A stretch of DNA of 64,000 nt, taken from contig NMRA01000001.1 in assembly GCA_002633005.1 (NCBI GenBank), forward strand, positions 2,272,933 through 2,336,932, read 5' to 3'. The translations under genes and the position numbers were made by a program. The stretch comes from Phoronis australis (lineage: Eukaryota; Animalia; Phoronida). Below the pieces are notes generated by a model. It made no database searches and was not told the origin of the DNA. It saw nothing but the letters and a program-made list of their open reading frames with translations. The number at the start of each line of letters is the position of its first letter. Positions within the stretch are counted from its first letter, which is position 1. This document shows positions 9,719 to 21,473 of the stretch, one piece after another.

Positions 9719-12700
9719 ATGGAAGGTGACAGTTCTGAGGTAAAGGTAATACTGCGATAAGTCACATGCATTCACACGTTCTGCAAATTGAAACTGTTTA
9801 AGTTAGTCCTATATTAAAGTTGCATAGGTCTGGTAAAACCGGCAATAGTCGAATTTAATGTGCCCGTATTTTGAGAACCAGTTTGACGCCCGTTATTCAG
9901 CAGAGAAAACTGGTTCTCAAAATGTGGGCACGTTATATTCGACCACTACTGTAAAATCTATGACCAAAATTGCCCCTGTCTGATTGTTCAAGGTCTTTTT
10001 ACTCTGTTGTAACTGGCCAGAAATGTTCAAGATTTTATGGGCTAGTAGAAGTACAAAACTTACAAATGTGGTAAAGTATAAATTAAAAAAGAATATAAAA
10101 TTTCAGTTGTCTGCCATAGTGTATACTAAACTGGTAAGATTTTACTGTTATGTAATATTGAGTTGTTCACTGGGGTCAAAATTGTCTTCTCATCAGTCTT
10201 GACCATCGGTTTCAGTCGACACCTGCAGATAAGGAAGAGAATGGGTCTCGCAGCTCTAACGGGAATGAGGACGAGAAGACGGGCAGTAAACACCGCAAGA
10301 GGTCACGAAGCCGTGACTCCGACTCACCCACCACAGAACAGGAGGAGAAACAGTCGAGCGAGTTGAAGAAATATTGGCAAACGGTGCGGGACAACCCGTC
10401 CGACTTTACAGGATGGACATACCTGTTGCAGTTTGTGGAGCAGGAGGTAGGAGCCTCTAGTGGCTTGGTTCTTTCTCGACGGAAATTGATTTTACTTTGA
10501 ACATTTTCCAATCCATTCTTGAACTAATTTTGCATTGAGATCATAGGTACGCCAACTTTTGTTGTTTGTGCTCAACAAACAAATGTCAAGCTTTTGAAAG
10601 AAGGCGAGTTCACATTTGAAATTTTTAGCAGCTAAGCTGCTGTGATTGAGTGTTGCATACGTTTGCTGGCTCCGGTCTGTTCATAGTTATCTTAAGGTTA
10701 TTTTATCCACAACAATCCTTCACTGGATGGTTTGTAAACATTTCATGCAGTTCACCCGAGGATTATCCTAGTGTCCTTATTGGTGTGTTTCAGGGTATCG
10801 TGAAGAATGCTCGAGAGGCATTTGATGCGTTCTTTGCGCGGTATCCCTTCTGTTACGGCTACTGGAAGAAATACGCAGATCTGGAGAAGAAAAATAAAAG
10901 CATGGTCAAGTGTGAGGAGGTACCTATCTGTTTTAAGACTTTTCGTTTTCAATATGCGTTTACGCCTGTGTGCCAAAATAGTTCTAGATGTGTTGATTAC
11001 TCAGAATTACTTCATGATTGTGTACATTATTAGGAAGTAGCTTACTAAAATGCTTTAAAATTGTATTCAATTTAAAAGTTAATTTAAAGTGCGAGTAACA
11101 GTAATCTGGTATTTTGACTGTGAGTTGTTAACTAAAGCGAGGTTGGATCATTTAGTTTGTGTTATCTAGCTACCCAGTCAGGCCCACGTAGTAAGTTTGG
11201 TTGAGAGTAGTGTCCGCTAGAAAAATCTGTGTTTGTTCAGAAGGAAGTGGTTTTCCTAATTCTTTAAAAACAAAACGTCTCATACGCTCCTCTGAATGTT
11301 GTGAATATACAATCGCGACCTAACTCAACAGTTGGGATTTCCACTTTCTTGAGTCTGTAGAATTCTTGATTGGTGTGCTGGAGAAGCGTTGTCTCTTGGG
11401 TGAAGGTTTTTATGCGCCCACATATTTTTATGTGGATGCATATTGCGATCATCTATGTCTGGGCGTCCGGCAGCCGCAGCTGTATCTCCTAAACCCCTCA
11501 CAGGGTCTTGATGGGATGTGGCAGGTGTGTTCTTATAAAGATGACGATAACATTGATATTTGGATGGGTTCCAGTTCTTTGGCGTCCCTTAGTGGTGTTT
11601 TTTCCCTGTCTACAGCTGTTCTACAGCTGTGTCTCCTTAGCCTTTTTAAGATCTTTGTTGAAGCTGACTTTTTTTGACACGTTTCAGACACATTCGACTT
11701 CAAGTGGCAGTTTTTGGTGTTTACATTTGCCCCTGTATTTTCAGAGTTTGTTGAAGAATTTTCGTAAAATTTTGCCGATAGTTTTCCATTTTCGTATGGA
11801 TTTGATGTATTTTTGCATCACCTAGTGACTATTTCTATTTCTTGAGTGCCTTTTTTGTTCCGCATAAGAAGGCGTTGATTTGTGGACGGATTTGCCAACA
11901 ATGGCGCTTCCTGGTGGTGATTTTTGTCTCTTGCCTCCTCGGCTGTATCTCCTTAATCTTGGAAAGATCTTTGGGAAATTTTGCAAGAATTAGTTTTATG
12001 TTATAAATGTGACTATCACTGTTCTGCCTAGTGGCAATTTTAGTTTTTATTTTGGCATCTGTATCTTCAGTCTTCTAACAGTTTTATTGAAATGTGTTAA
12101 ACAAGTTTCTGTTATGATGGTGACAACATCTATCCATTTTGGGATAGATTTGAAGTGTTCTGCACCACCTAGTGTCCACTTTTTGACAATTATGAACACC
12201 CCTAGAAGCACGCTGTTTGCGTTGCTGTCGTGGGCGCATTTCAACGCTCTGCGTTGCTCTTTTTGAAAAGTGTCTTGGGGCTGGCGTTAAATGCTTTCAT
12301 TGTTACTAATTTCTTGCCCTCTCGCATATTGTTTTCTTTTGCCTTTCCAGAATCTTGGATAACAAGGGAAACAAGCAGTGCTCAAACTTCCATGCTATTT
12401 TTGAATATTTTGCTGTAATGACGAATTTCATTTCGATTTTCATGTGAACCATATTGTTCCATTGAATTGCCATTGTATTTAACCTCGCATAGGACTGCCA
12501 GCAAAGGGAATCGCGCTTGAAGAAATATGTCTACCGTACGACATTGGTGAATCATCTCAGATGCAAGAACGGTAAACATGCGACTGTGCAATTATCAGAT
12601 TTTCTCAATTGTCGCGTTCAAATTTTACTAGTTGTGCACTTCGTGCCAAAACTGAACTGAGCTGAAACCACGGATGTTGGCTGATTTTACTGAAGAGTAT

Positions 12701-15700
12701 TTGGACTGAAGCACCAAACTAGCCACCCGTATTGGTTTCTGTTTTACGAGTTTTGGCGCGAAGTAAGTGTCTGTTGATGGGTCTGTTTCACTGTAACTGT
12801 GTCATTTGTTTTACAGGTGTATGAACGAGGAGTTGAGGCGATCTCGTTAAGTGTGGAACTCTGGATTCACTACATCAATTTCTTTGCATCCTACCACGCC
12901 AAAGATGAGGACTTTGAAGAGAAAATGAGGAAGTGAGTGACCGTCAGAGTTGTTTTTCTTTTAGTGCGAGCCTGATGACCGTTTTTGTGTCACTTTAGTA
13001 ATTATGCTTTAAACTCTACTACATTTTCTACCTCTCTTTGTGTTGTTTGAAGCAGTTCAGAAATAATGTGTACATTAGCTGCCATTATGGCTGCTCTTAA
13101 TAAAATCAGTGACAACATGGTGCACATTTTTTCTCACAAATTCTTGGGAGATCGATGTTTAATTTCTGTGATAGTAATTTCTTCAACAAACTCCTACATT
13201 AAACAGTTGTGCATGTTGTCTGGGACCATTCTTTCATTGCTCTTGTCCTACAAATGAAAGATTTTCTATATATGTCCAGGTCATTGTTTTGGCAATTGTT
13301 TGTAAGAACACCGTTCAGTTTATCCCACTTTTTATCATATTTTACAATCTACTGTCAGGCTGTACAAAAAAGCTATTGGTGCGGTGGGGAAGGAGTTCAG
13401 GTCTGACAAGTTGTGGGACAAGTACATCGACTGGGAGATGAACCTGAAGAATTACAGGATGGTAATGGAGCTGTATGACCAGCTACTGACCATACCCACT
13501 CAGCTGTACAGTCATCACTTTGAAAAGTGAGTAGTTAGTTGCTTAACGGAACCAACTCTTGCGAATCTCTACAGCTGTCATTGAAACATCATGTTTAGCC
13601 TTCTTTGAAAAGCTCCGAGTCTTGTTTAGGAATCTGCCCGGTTGCCTGAAATAGTCCCAAATAGGGACTTGACTAAGTTCCCTAAATTTTTTTTGCGTAT
13701 CTGTTTCATTACTCACAGATCGTAATATTTTTTGTATCATTTCATGTTGTTATGAGCTTCTCTTTCACCAGTGACATTTTTAAACTGAGCCCTTCATTCA
13801 GTAATGATGTACTTAACCTTAAATTAGGGCCATTGCATGAAAAGATCCCTTCTTATTTTCAGTAATGTTGAGAATATAATGTAGAGTTCACACTCAGTTT
13901 GCTTCAAAGTCCAGCAAAAAAAGATAGTCAGTATTTTCTCAAGCCCTCTAGCACGCAGTAGATTTAGGGAACTTGGTTGAGTCCCTGTTTGGGAGTGTTT
14001 CATGCAACCGGGCACTTGAGCCTAAAACAGGAACCATGAAAACCATGCTTTTTAAGGATGTCCCTTTGGAGTTTTAAGAAATTACCGTAGGAATAGAATG
14101 ATTCGTAAACAAGCCAAATGAACTAGTTCTTTTATTTAAACAGAACCCTGTTGACCCACAGGTAAACAAAGCCCAGTGCCAGGGATCGTTTTCGCCATGC
14201 GCCATGCCATTCGTTCTCCAGAAATTCATTGCGTTAGCATTTCTTGACTCACCCACCCGGTCCGTGCTGTACGCGCAACTTATCCTTTCGTAGCACAAGT
14301 CTGAGACAACCCCTGCTAAATTACCCACGCTTACATTGTAGTTTCCAAACTCTCGTGTCCAACAATCATCCCAAGGACCTGCTTTCATTAGACGACTTCC
14401 TCTCACTACGCAAGGAGGTTGTCGCTAGCAAGACCAGCGAGGAACCCGTTGCTGATGACGCCCCACCGGGAGACGACATGCCACCCGGTGTTGAAGATGA
14501 TGGCCCACCTGGCTTGTCCAATGGTGATGGCAGTAAAGTTAGTGTACTGAATATCAAATGATGCGTTCTTTGTTACTTCGGAAAACGCAGTTGTCGATCA
14601 GCTACAGTGTCGTGTTTCACTTGGCACACAGTCTTACCCTGTTCAAAATTGCTATCATGAAAACAGTTGCTCATGAAGTTATCGGCATGGGACTAGTTCA
14701 ATGTGACCGTGGACTAGTTTATCAACAGTGTCAATGAGACTCAAATGAATAATCTAACACGTATACGTAGAAAGTGATATTGATTTGTCAACCAGTTGAA
14801 TGACAATAAATAAACATTGTGTTTTGCTGAATGGAATTGAAAACAACTAGTGATGTATCTGATTTCATGCAGGATGATGGAGAAGTAAAACTGTTGAAAG
14901 AGAGGATCATAGCTCAACGCGAGACTGTTCATAAAGACACAGAAATGGAAGTCAGCAAGCGATGGTCCTTTGAGGAAGCGGTATGTTTGGCTAACCCAGT
15001 GAAGACACACTGGTAATTCTGCGGTTCTTTCAAAAGGTGGCGCTATTCAGAATTGGAGAAGCAATTGAGTGGATGGGTTGTCTACATTTTAGGATTTTGA
15101 ATTTGTGCTGACAATAAAGCATGCCTATGGGTCATGTTAATATTTTAATCCTTTTCATTTGTGTGTGCAATATGTACAAAAGTCAGGACGTTTCGCTTTA
15201 AACTACCATGATCAATGTTTGCATTAGACGGCTACCAAGTAATGGTTACACAGGGAACAACATGGTCTTAGTGACTAATTCAAGCACTATAATGCAAACA
15301 GTGGTCGTGTTTAAACACGCGCTCAAGTCATCAAACTATCATGATATGGCTCGTCACTGATATTATTTCCTGTCTGCTGCCCTGGTATATTACATGACAA
15401 CTATGCAAATTCTCAGTTCAGATCGGTATATTCACAACATGCAAAAGTCTTAGAGTATGAATACAATTCATCTTCAATTAGCCCTGTGGAAAGACAAAAT
15501 AAGGTAATATTGTTGGGAAAATTTTTAATGTCCTTATTGGTCAATAATCAGAGTAGCAATGAACATTGTTATGTGCCAATTATGTTACGCATGCTCTCAA
15601 AATTTCCCCTGTAAACATACAAATCTACTAGGAGTTTGTTCTATGGACTACATTTTTAGCATTTTAATGTTAACAAAACCGAAGTGCAGTGGCTGCTTGT

Positions 15701-18700
15701 TAATCTTTCTCACACTGGTCGCATAATTTCAAAATTAAGCATTTCACTGCTAGCATCCCTGAACTTGTATCTTGTTCATAAAGTTTTGTCTCTTGTCAGT
15801 GATTTCCTGCTATTTTGTGTCATGTCATATTCAGTACTTTTATATTCAGTAGTTTTGAATCGTTCATCTCCCATATTCTGTGTAAATGATTCATGTTGTT
15901 TTAGATCCGTCGCCCGTATTTCCATGTCAAACCCCTTGAGAAGGGTCAGATTCGCAACTGGAAGGAATACCTAGACTATGAGGTATCTGTGGGCGACCAC
16001 GATCGCATCGTTTTACTGTTTGAACGATGCATCATTGCATGTGCGCTTTACGAAGATTTCTGGATAAAGGTAGGCTTTTGCACACAGGTATTGCTGTCAG
16101 AACTAGATGCATGCTCATCGCTACCTTGTGCATGGGAATGAATTGTCTTAGTTTGTGACGTGCATAAGATGGCTTGAGATAAAATAAAATTGAATAATAG
16201 TCCTTTGCGTTGTCAGAATAGAAGTAAGCCAGAATGGTTTTTATGATTTGTCAAGAATGGATTTCTGCCCTCCAACTAATTGCAAATCGGGTTAGTTTAG
16301 ACTTTTGTTGTTTTGACAGTATGCAACTTACATGGAGGATAAAGACAAATCTGCAGTCAGTAGAATTTACCAGCGAGCCTGTACCGTCCACCTTCCTACC
16401 AAAACTTACATCCATCTCCACTGGGCAGCATATGAGGAAAGCAATGGTAGGATCAGCAAACCCAATATCTTGTTTTGCTACTTCAAATGTTTTCTGTTTG
16501 TAATTTGCTTTTTTCTTAACTTCTAGAAGTGGTAGTTCACATTTCAGTGGCTAATGTCTGATATAAAACTTTTTAGTGTAGTGAGGGTATGTAAAACATA
16601 TCATCGTGTCTCAAATTTGCACTTATTGTCTACAATTTCTGTGCTGGATTTACTGAGATCAGTTGTTTGCGAGGTACTAGCGGTGAGATATCTTGGCGAA
16701 GGCATGCAAGTAAAGTAGGAGTTGTGTTTCACAAGTTGACAGTTTGTTTTCCCATTGAATCTTTTTTGGTTTTGCTAGCTTCAGACTAGTAGGGTTGTGT
16801 GTTTACTGATCAGAGTGGTTTTGCTGAATTTGCGTATTACTAGCTTCACACTTGCATGTTTCTTGTCTGTGTGTATTTGATTAAGTGAACTTTTTGACCA
16901 TCAGTTACGTGGTTATTTGCTTGATGTGTAGGTAACGCTGATAAAGCCAGAGAGATTCTGTGCAACATTGAGAAGCAATGCCCTGGCCTCGTTATGTTGA
17001 CGATGAGGAAGATCAGCTTCGAGCGTCGCCAAGGCAACGTGGAGGCGGTCCAGCAACACTTTCAAAACTACATAGACAGTGCGACGGACAGAGAGAGTTT
17101 CATATATTACAGTTTGAAGTATGCGCGGTACTTGTTGACACTTGTGAAGGACCACGAGAGGGCGCATCAAGTCCTGATGGTGGCCGTTGAAAAGTATCCG
17201 GTATGTAGAAATCTTTGTGTGGAGGTTATTTGCGAGGCTCATGTGATGTGTTGTAATGAGACACATGGACGTGTGGTGTGCCATCCTTTTCCTGAGATCG
17301 TTTGCAGGAGCACAATCGTGTAAAAACGAAGGGTATGCAAGTGGCCCTAGTTTGTGACCATTTGTTAGTAATTCTGTCAGTCAGTGGCTTACTTTCATCT
17401 GTTCAGAAGTGCCATATACAGGGCTTGGAATTTTCCGCGGAAACGCGGATTTGCGCTTTTTTCAAATGTTCTGTCCGCGCATTTTATTATATTTCCGCGT
17501 AAAAAAAAAAATCAGATTTGATCTAAAATTTCCGCGTCAAATTCCTTTTTTACCGCGGCGTTGCAGACGACGTTCCCCTCGAAAAGCGGAAGTTGCTCTT
17601 TATGTTTCGGAGGAACGTAAATTGTCAACATTGCCGGGGTATCTGGGATAGCGTGGTGGGATTTTCAATGGCGTCTCGTGTTATTGTAAACCGCGGCGAC
17701 AAATACTACGGCTCTGCAGCCAAAAATGTGTGGGTTGGGAGTGGACTGATGAGCTAAAAGGACGCATGCTACTGATGGTGGTAACGTCGTTTTTATTTTA
17801 GTCCTCCCGATTTTTGTCGGTGAAAGGTTCACATCGACCATTTCAAGGCTGGGTAGGGTGCATGATTTGGGCCGTAAAAGTTTCCGCGTTTTTTGTCATT
17901 GGTCATTCCAAGCCCTGCATATATCATGGCACAGGATGTAGTTTGGAATCTTGAACAGATTGCGTTGTACCCGTGGCAACTCTTGCTAGAGAGCAGTGTT
18001 TGTGGCTACCTGAATCTCTAAACTAAGTTGCCGACAGTAAACAGTTCATTGCCTGGTTCACCGCACAGTTCATTGTGGGGTACAGTGTTGGAGCTAACAC
18101 ATGCATTACGGTGGTCCTTGTATGGGTTTAAATGGTCATCAGTCTTCGTTATTATATGCAGGAGCTGTACCCATGTGTTTGAGAGCATTTTCTGGCAAGT
18201 CTTGGGCTTAAAATTTTGTTGAGATACTTATCATTATCTTCAGTGGCTTTTAGTTTGTGACAGAGTTAGTTGTAAGTGTTCTGCATAATTCTGTTGGAAG
18301 TAAATTAAGCTAAATTATGTTCAACTGGTCATCTGTAGCGATTCCCACAATTTCTTGTGCTTTAATTTCAAGCTTTGCACACATTTACAGGACAGCAGCT
18401 CGTTGTACCTTCAGCTGATTGACACAGAGCTGTCGCGGCCTGAGATGGACGAGACCAAAGTGCTGATGGTGTTTGACATGGCCACCAGTAGTAGTCTGCC
18501 AGCCGAGACCAAGATACTGTTCTCTCAACGCAAGATGGAGTTCTTGGAGGACTTTGGCACTGACATGAAAAAGTGAGGGGTGAAACGCGTTGTGTAGTGG
18601 AATTCTTAGTAACGTTAAAAGCCACTACAAAGGGATAGTTTGACTTGATGCGATATCTTGAGAGGTTACAGTGAAACTTGCATTAATTAGATCTTCTTGA

Positions 18701-21473
18701 ACTGTAACATTTCTTCCGAGTATGGAGAAATTAGTACCGTTGAACTTTGACCAAGTTAAACTTGTGTATGTCGGACTTTTGCGAATTTTGCTGTTTCATT
18801 TGATTATTTTTCCCTGTTTGCATTGGAGTTAATCATGGAAAGTTATATTGAAATAATTACTATGTGTTTTTATTTTTCCTTCCTATAAAATAACTGAAAA
18901 CATGCTTTTTCCATGCTGATTAGTAACAAAATGCCTGACAAATCTAGAGGCCTGAGGTTCTAATGTCGTAAGTGGCTGCTTGTCATTAGGGCTAAGAATT
19001 TTCCACTTTTAAGATGAATTCCTCTTTGGTTTTGATTTACTCTTAATATTTGATTTCTAGTTTTCACTTTTTTCGTCTCTTTTTTATCATTATTTTGACT
19101 TAATTCGTGCAAAAACATTTATTTCAGTTAAATTTTACAGCACAAAAGTGTTTTCTATCACACAAGCTTATTTATTTTGGAATGATACATCACCTGTCAT
19201 TGGTCATTCCAAGTCCTGGGAATGATACATCACCTGTCATTGGTCATTCCAAGTCCTGTACTTATCCATCCTTCTGTATGTAATGTGAAGATGTAGGTTG
19301 TGTTTTCTGCACTAACCTGTTCGTATATCGTTGACGAAAGAAACAATTAAAAATTCATAAATTAATGAAAAACTCTTCAACACTTACTCTGTTCCAGAAT
19401 AATGAAGGCATATGACCAACACCAACAGTTTGTCAAAGACGCAGGAAACGATTCAGCCAAAAAACGGAAACTAGACGAGCCAGTGAGGTAGGCAGATCGA
19501 CTTGATGGAGTTATTACTCTAGTGTTGTCAGTGGACGTCCTTTCGTTATAACTAGAAGGGATTAAGATTCTTAAAATGTACCAATTTGACAATATTTAGT
19601 CATTCAGTCAAATGCCATGATGGGATCTCTGTATTATGGGGGGAGAAGGGATGCATTGAAATAAACATGAGAGGATGGAAGGCCTGAAGTGCATTGTTAA
19701 TGCCATTTTTCATGAGGGAAAGTTGGTGTGTTTATGTAGATTGAGGTTATGTTGGTGTATTTTGCTGAATATCAACATAAATAGATTTTAACCCTGTTAA
19801 TTAAAAGTTTGAAAGCCTGTAGAATTTGATTTTTAACTTTATACCAGTCTGCTGTTAATGGGGTCATGTGACCATGTCTTTTTAGTAAAACTCGGCAAAA
19901 AGGGAAGGTACATATGTAACAAAACAACATTATCAATAAGACGTTGACGTGCTCAGATGAAATCCCTCAGTCTGAGTAGATATGACTTATGCGACTTCTA
20001 CTGTACTTCACAACAATGCTATTGAATTGTGTTATGGCTCGCCTTAATACTGAATTCTCACCTTATGTGAGCAATTTTGTAGAGTGTTGTCTAATAAGGC
20101 ATATGCATTATTTGTCAGATTCTGTAACTGGGACATTCTATTTCTAATGCAGTGAGCAAGACAGCGGGGATACTAAAAAGACAAAGTCCACTGAAGGTGG
20201 CGATACCAGTACTAGTGCCATGTCGTACTCCGCTGCCACCGCAGACCCCAATAGTTACGCCTATGGACAATGGCAGCAATACGTGAGTGTTGTTAGGAGT
20301 CGGGTCCCATTGGCGTGCTGGAACAGTTCCATGAGACTTTATCCATTGTGCGTCTTAAAGCCACTGCAGACGGAGAGCTGCGAGTAGAGTTGTCTGCCTT
20401 GAGTTTTCTATAGCTGAGCCCACAGCTCATGTCAAGGCGTGAAAATATGACAACTAAATGAACTAGTCACTCGGTAGTTGTTGGCTTGACATGATCTGTC
20501 ATTTCCCTATTGATCACTTCAAGCAGACTACTGAACTCAGCTCTCCACCTTGGTACACCTTAGTGTAAGCCACAGTGGGCATTGAAGACTGTTCAGCTGT
20601 CCGAAGAAAGTCAAAATGTGACAACTTGCACCTTAGGAAATTGACCTCGTAAATATTCTTATCATGATAGACATCGTTTCTGTTGCTGCAAAGAAGAATC
20701 AGAACAATTACTAGTCAAAAACCCACCTTGTAAAATTGTAGGCAGGTGAGCCCTCTTAATTTTGACGGCTTCAATTCAGTTTCAGCTGAATGATGAGATT
20801 GATACTATCGTGGCATGGGAGTGTTCAAATCCCATGGTTAGGTACAATTAAGATATTTTTATCTGACGTTTAGGTAGTTGAGAGGATGTTAAAGCTTATC
20901 TATTGGGAGCCTGTACTGTTTAAATAATCACCATGTTTTAGTGCTACTTGTCCTGTTGTAATAGGCATGACTTTGTCAAGTATCAAGGCAACAGAATTTA
21001 TGAAAGCAAGTCCACTTTTATCTAATTCTGGCTGAGAGGTCAAAAGTTTTATTGGTATGGCTTCTTGACGTGTGGTTAGAATTTTTACATTTCCAAATGC
21101 TCATAGATAATTATGCACCATTATGAATCGAGTTTCGTAATCTGCAATTTAATATTTATAGTATGTTATTGCTAGTCTGTATGCCTGCCTGCCCCCTTGC
21201 TATAGTTTTACCTGGAATTGCTAAAATAAAATTTCCTGAATTCATTTTCTAAGCATCGTTTTTTTTCTTAAATTCCCTGCATCCAATTAACAGTGTTTAA
21301 GTACTTGCCCTGCGTGCATCTCGTGAAATTTGCAGCAGTTGCCCTACTGCAATGGCAGTACATATTTTCAGCCGTAATTGGTATGTACTCTGATTATATT
21401 ATTGTTTCAGAATAACACAGCATACTCCTTCCCACCGTGGTATGGACCACACAGCTACGGCACGACACAGTGA
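9719..21473 (+). CDS. PRPF39: Pre-mRNA processing factor 39 (HAT-repeat U1 snRNP-associated protein), 14 coding exons, about 663 aa
   Basis: Phase-consistent GT-AG exons: 9719-9739, 10216-10446, 10794-10919, 12817-12932, 13359-13526, 14342-14537, 14873-14980, 15905-16069, 16320-16446, 16932-17200, 18391-18572, 19398-19487, 20153-20282, 21411-21473 (TGA). Prp39 motifs: [97 protein letters not shown]. Terminal exons are less certain. AATAAA at about 21965. Confidence 0.95.
9840..9951. mobile_element. Palindromic MITE in PRPF39 intron 1
   Basis: gtcgaat..taatgtgcccgtattttgagaaccagttt pairs with aaactggttctcaaaatgtgggcacgtta..attcgac. Confidence 0.7.
17419..17917. mobile_element. hAT-like non-autonomous element with 6-bp TSD
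   Basis: TIR cagggcttggaa / ttccaagccctg; catata on both flanks (17413-17418, 17918-17923); subterminal ttccgcg repeats. A degenerate relative lies at about 18988-19258. Confidence 0.75.
17974..18102 (+). ncRNA. Candidate box H/ACA snoRNA in PRPF39 intron 10
   Basis: Hairpin 1: ggcaact/agttgcc lower stem, internal loop, tagaga/tctcta upper stem. H box ACAGTA at 18034-18039. Hairpin 2: agttc/ggagct, ctg/cag, ccgca/tgtgg. ACA at 18097-18099, 3 nt before the predicted end. About 130 nt, sense strand. No target identified. Confidence 0.5.
19178..19258. repeat. 40-bp tandem duplication of a transposon end
   Basis: ggaatgatacatcacctgtcattggtcattccaagtcctg twice; the end matches that of the 17419-17917 element. 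Confidence 0.85.

Noticed and set aside
17974-18032. SNORD127 orthologue
   Set aside because: No box C (TGATGA) or terminal box D; the fold fits an H/ACA hairpin instead.
20790-20866. C/D snoRNA (ATGATGA ... CTGA)
   Set aside because: No terminal stem and no recognisable rRNA antisense element; the boxes lie within a larger hairpin.
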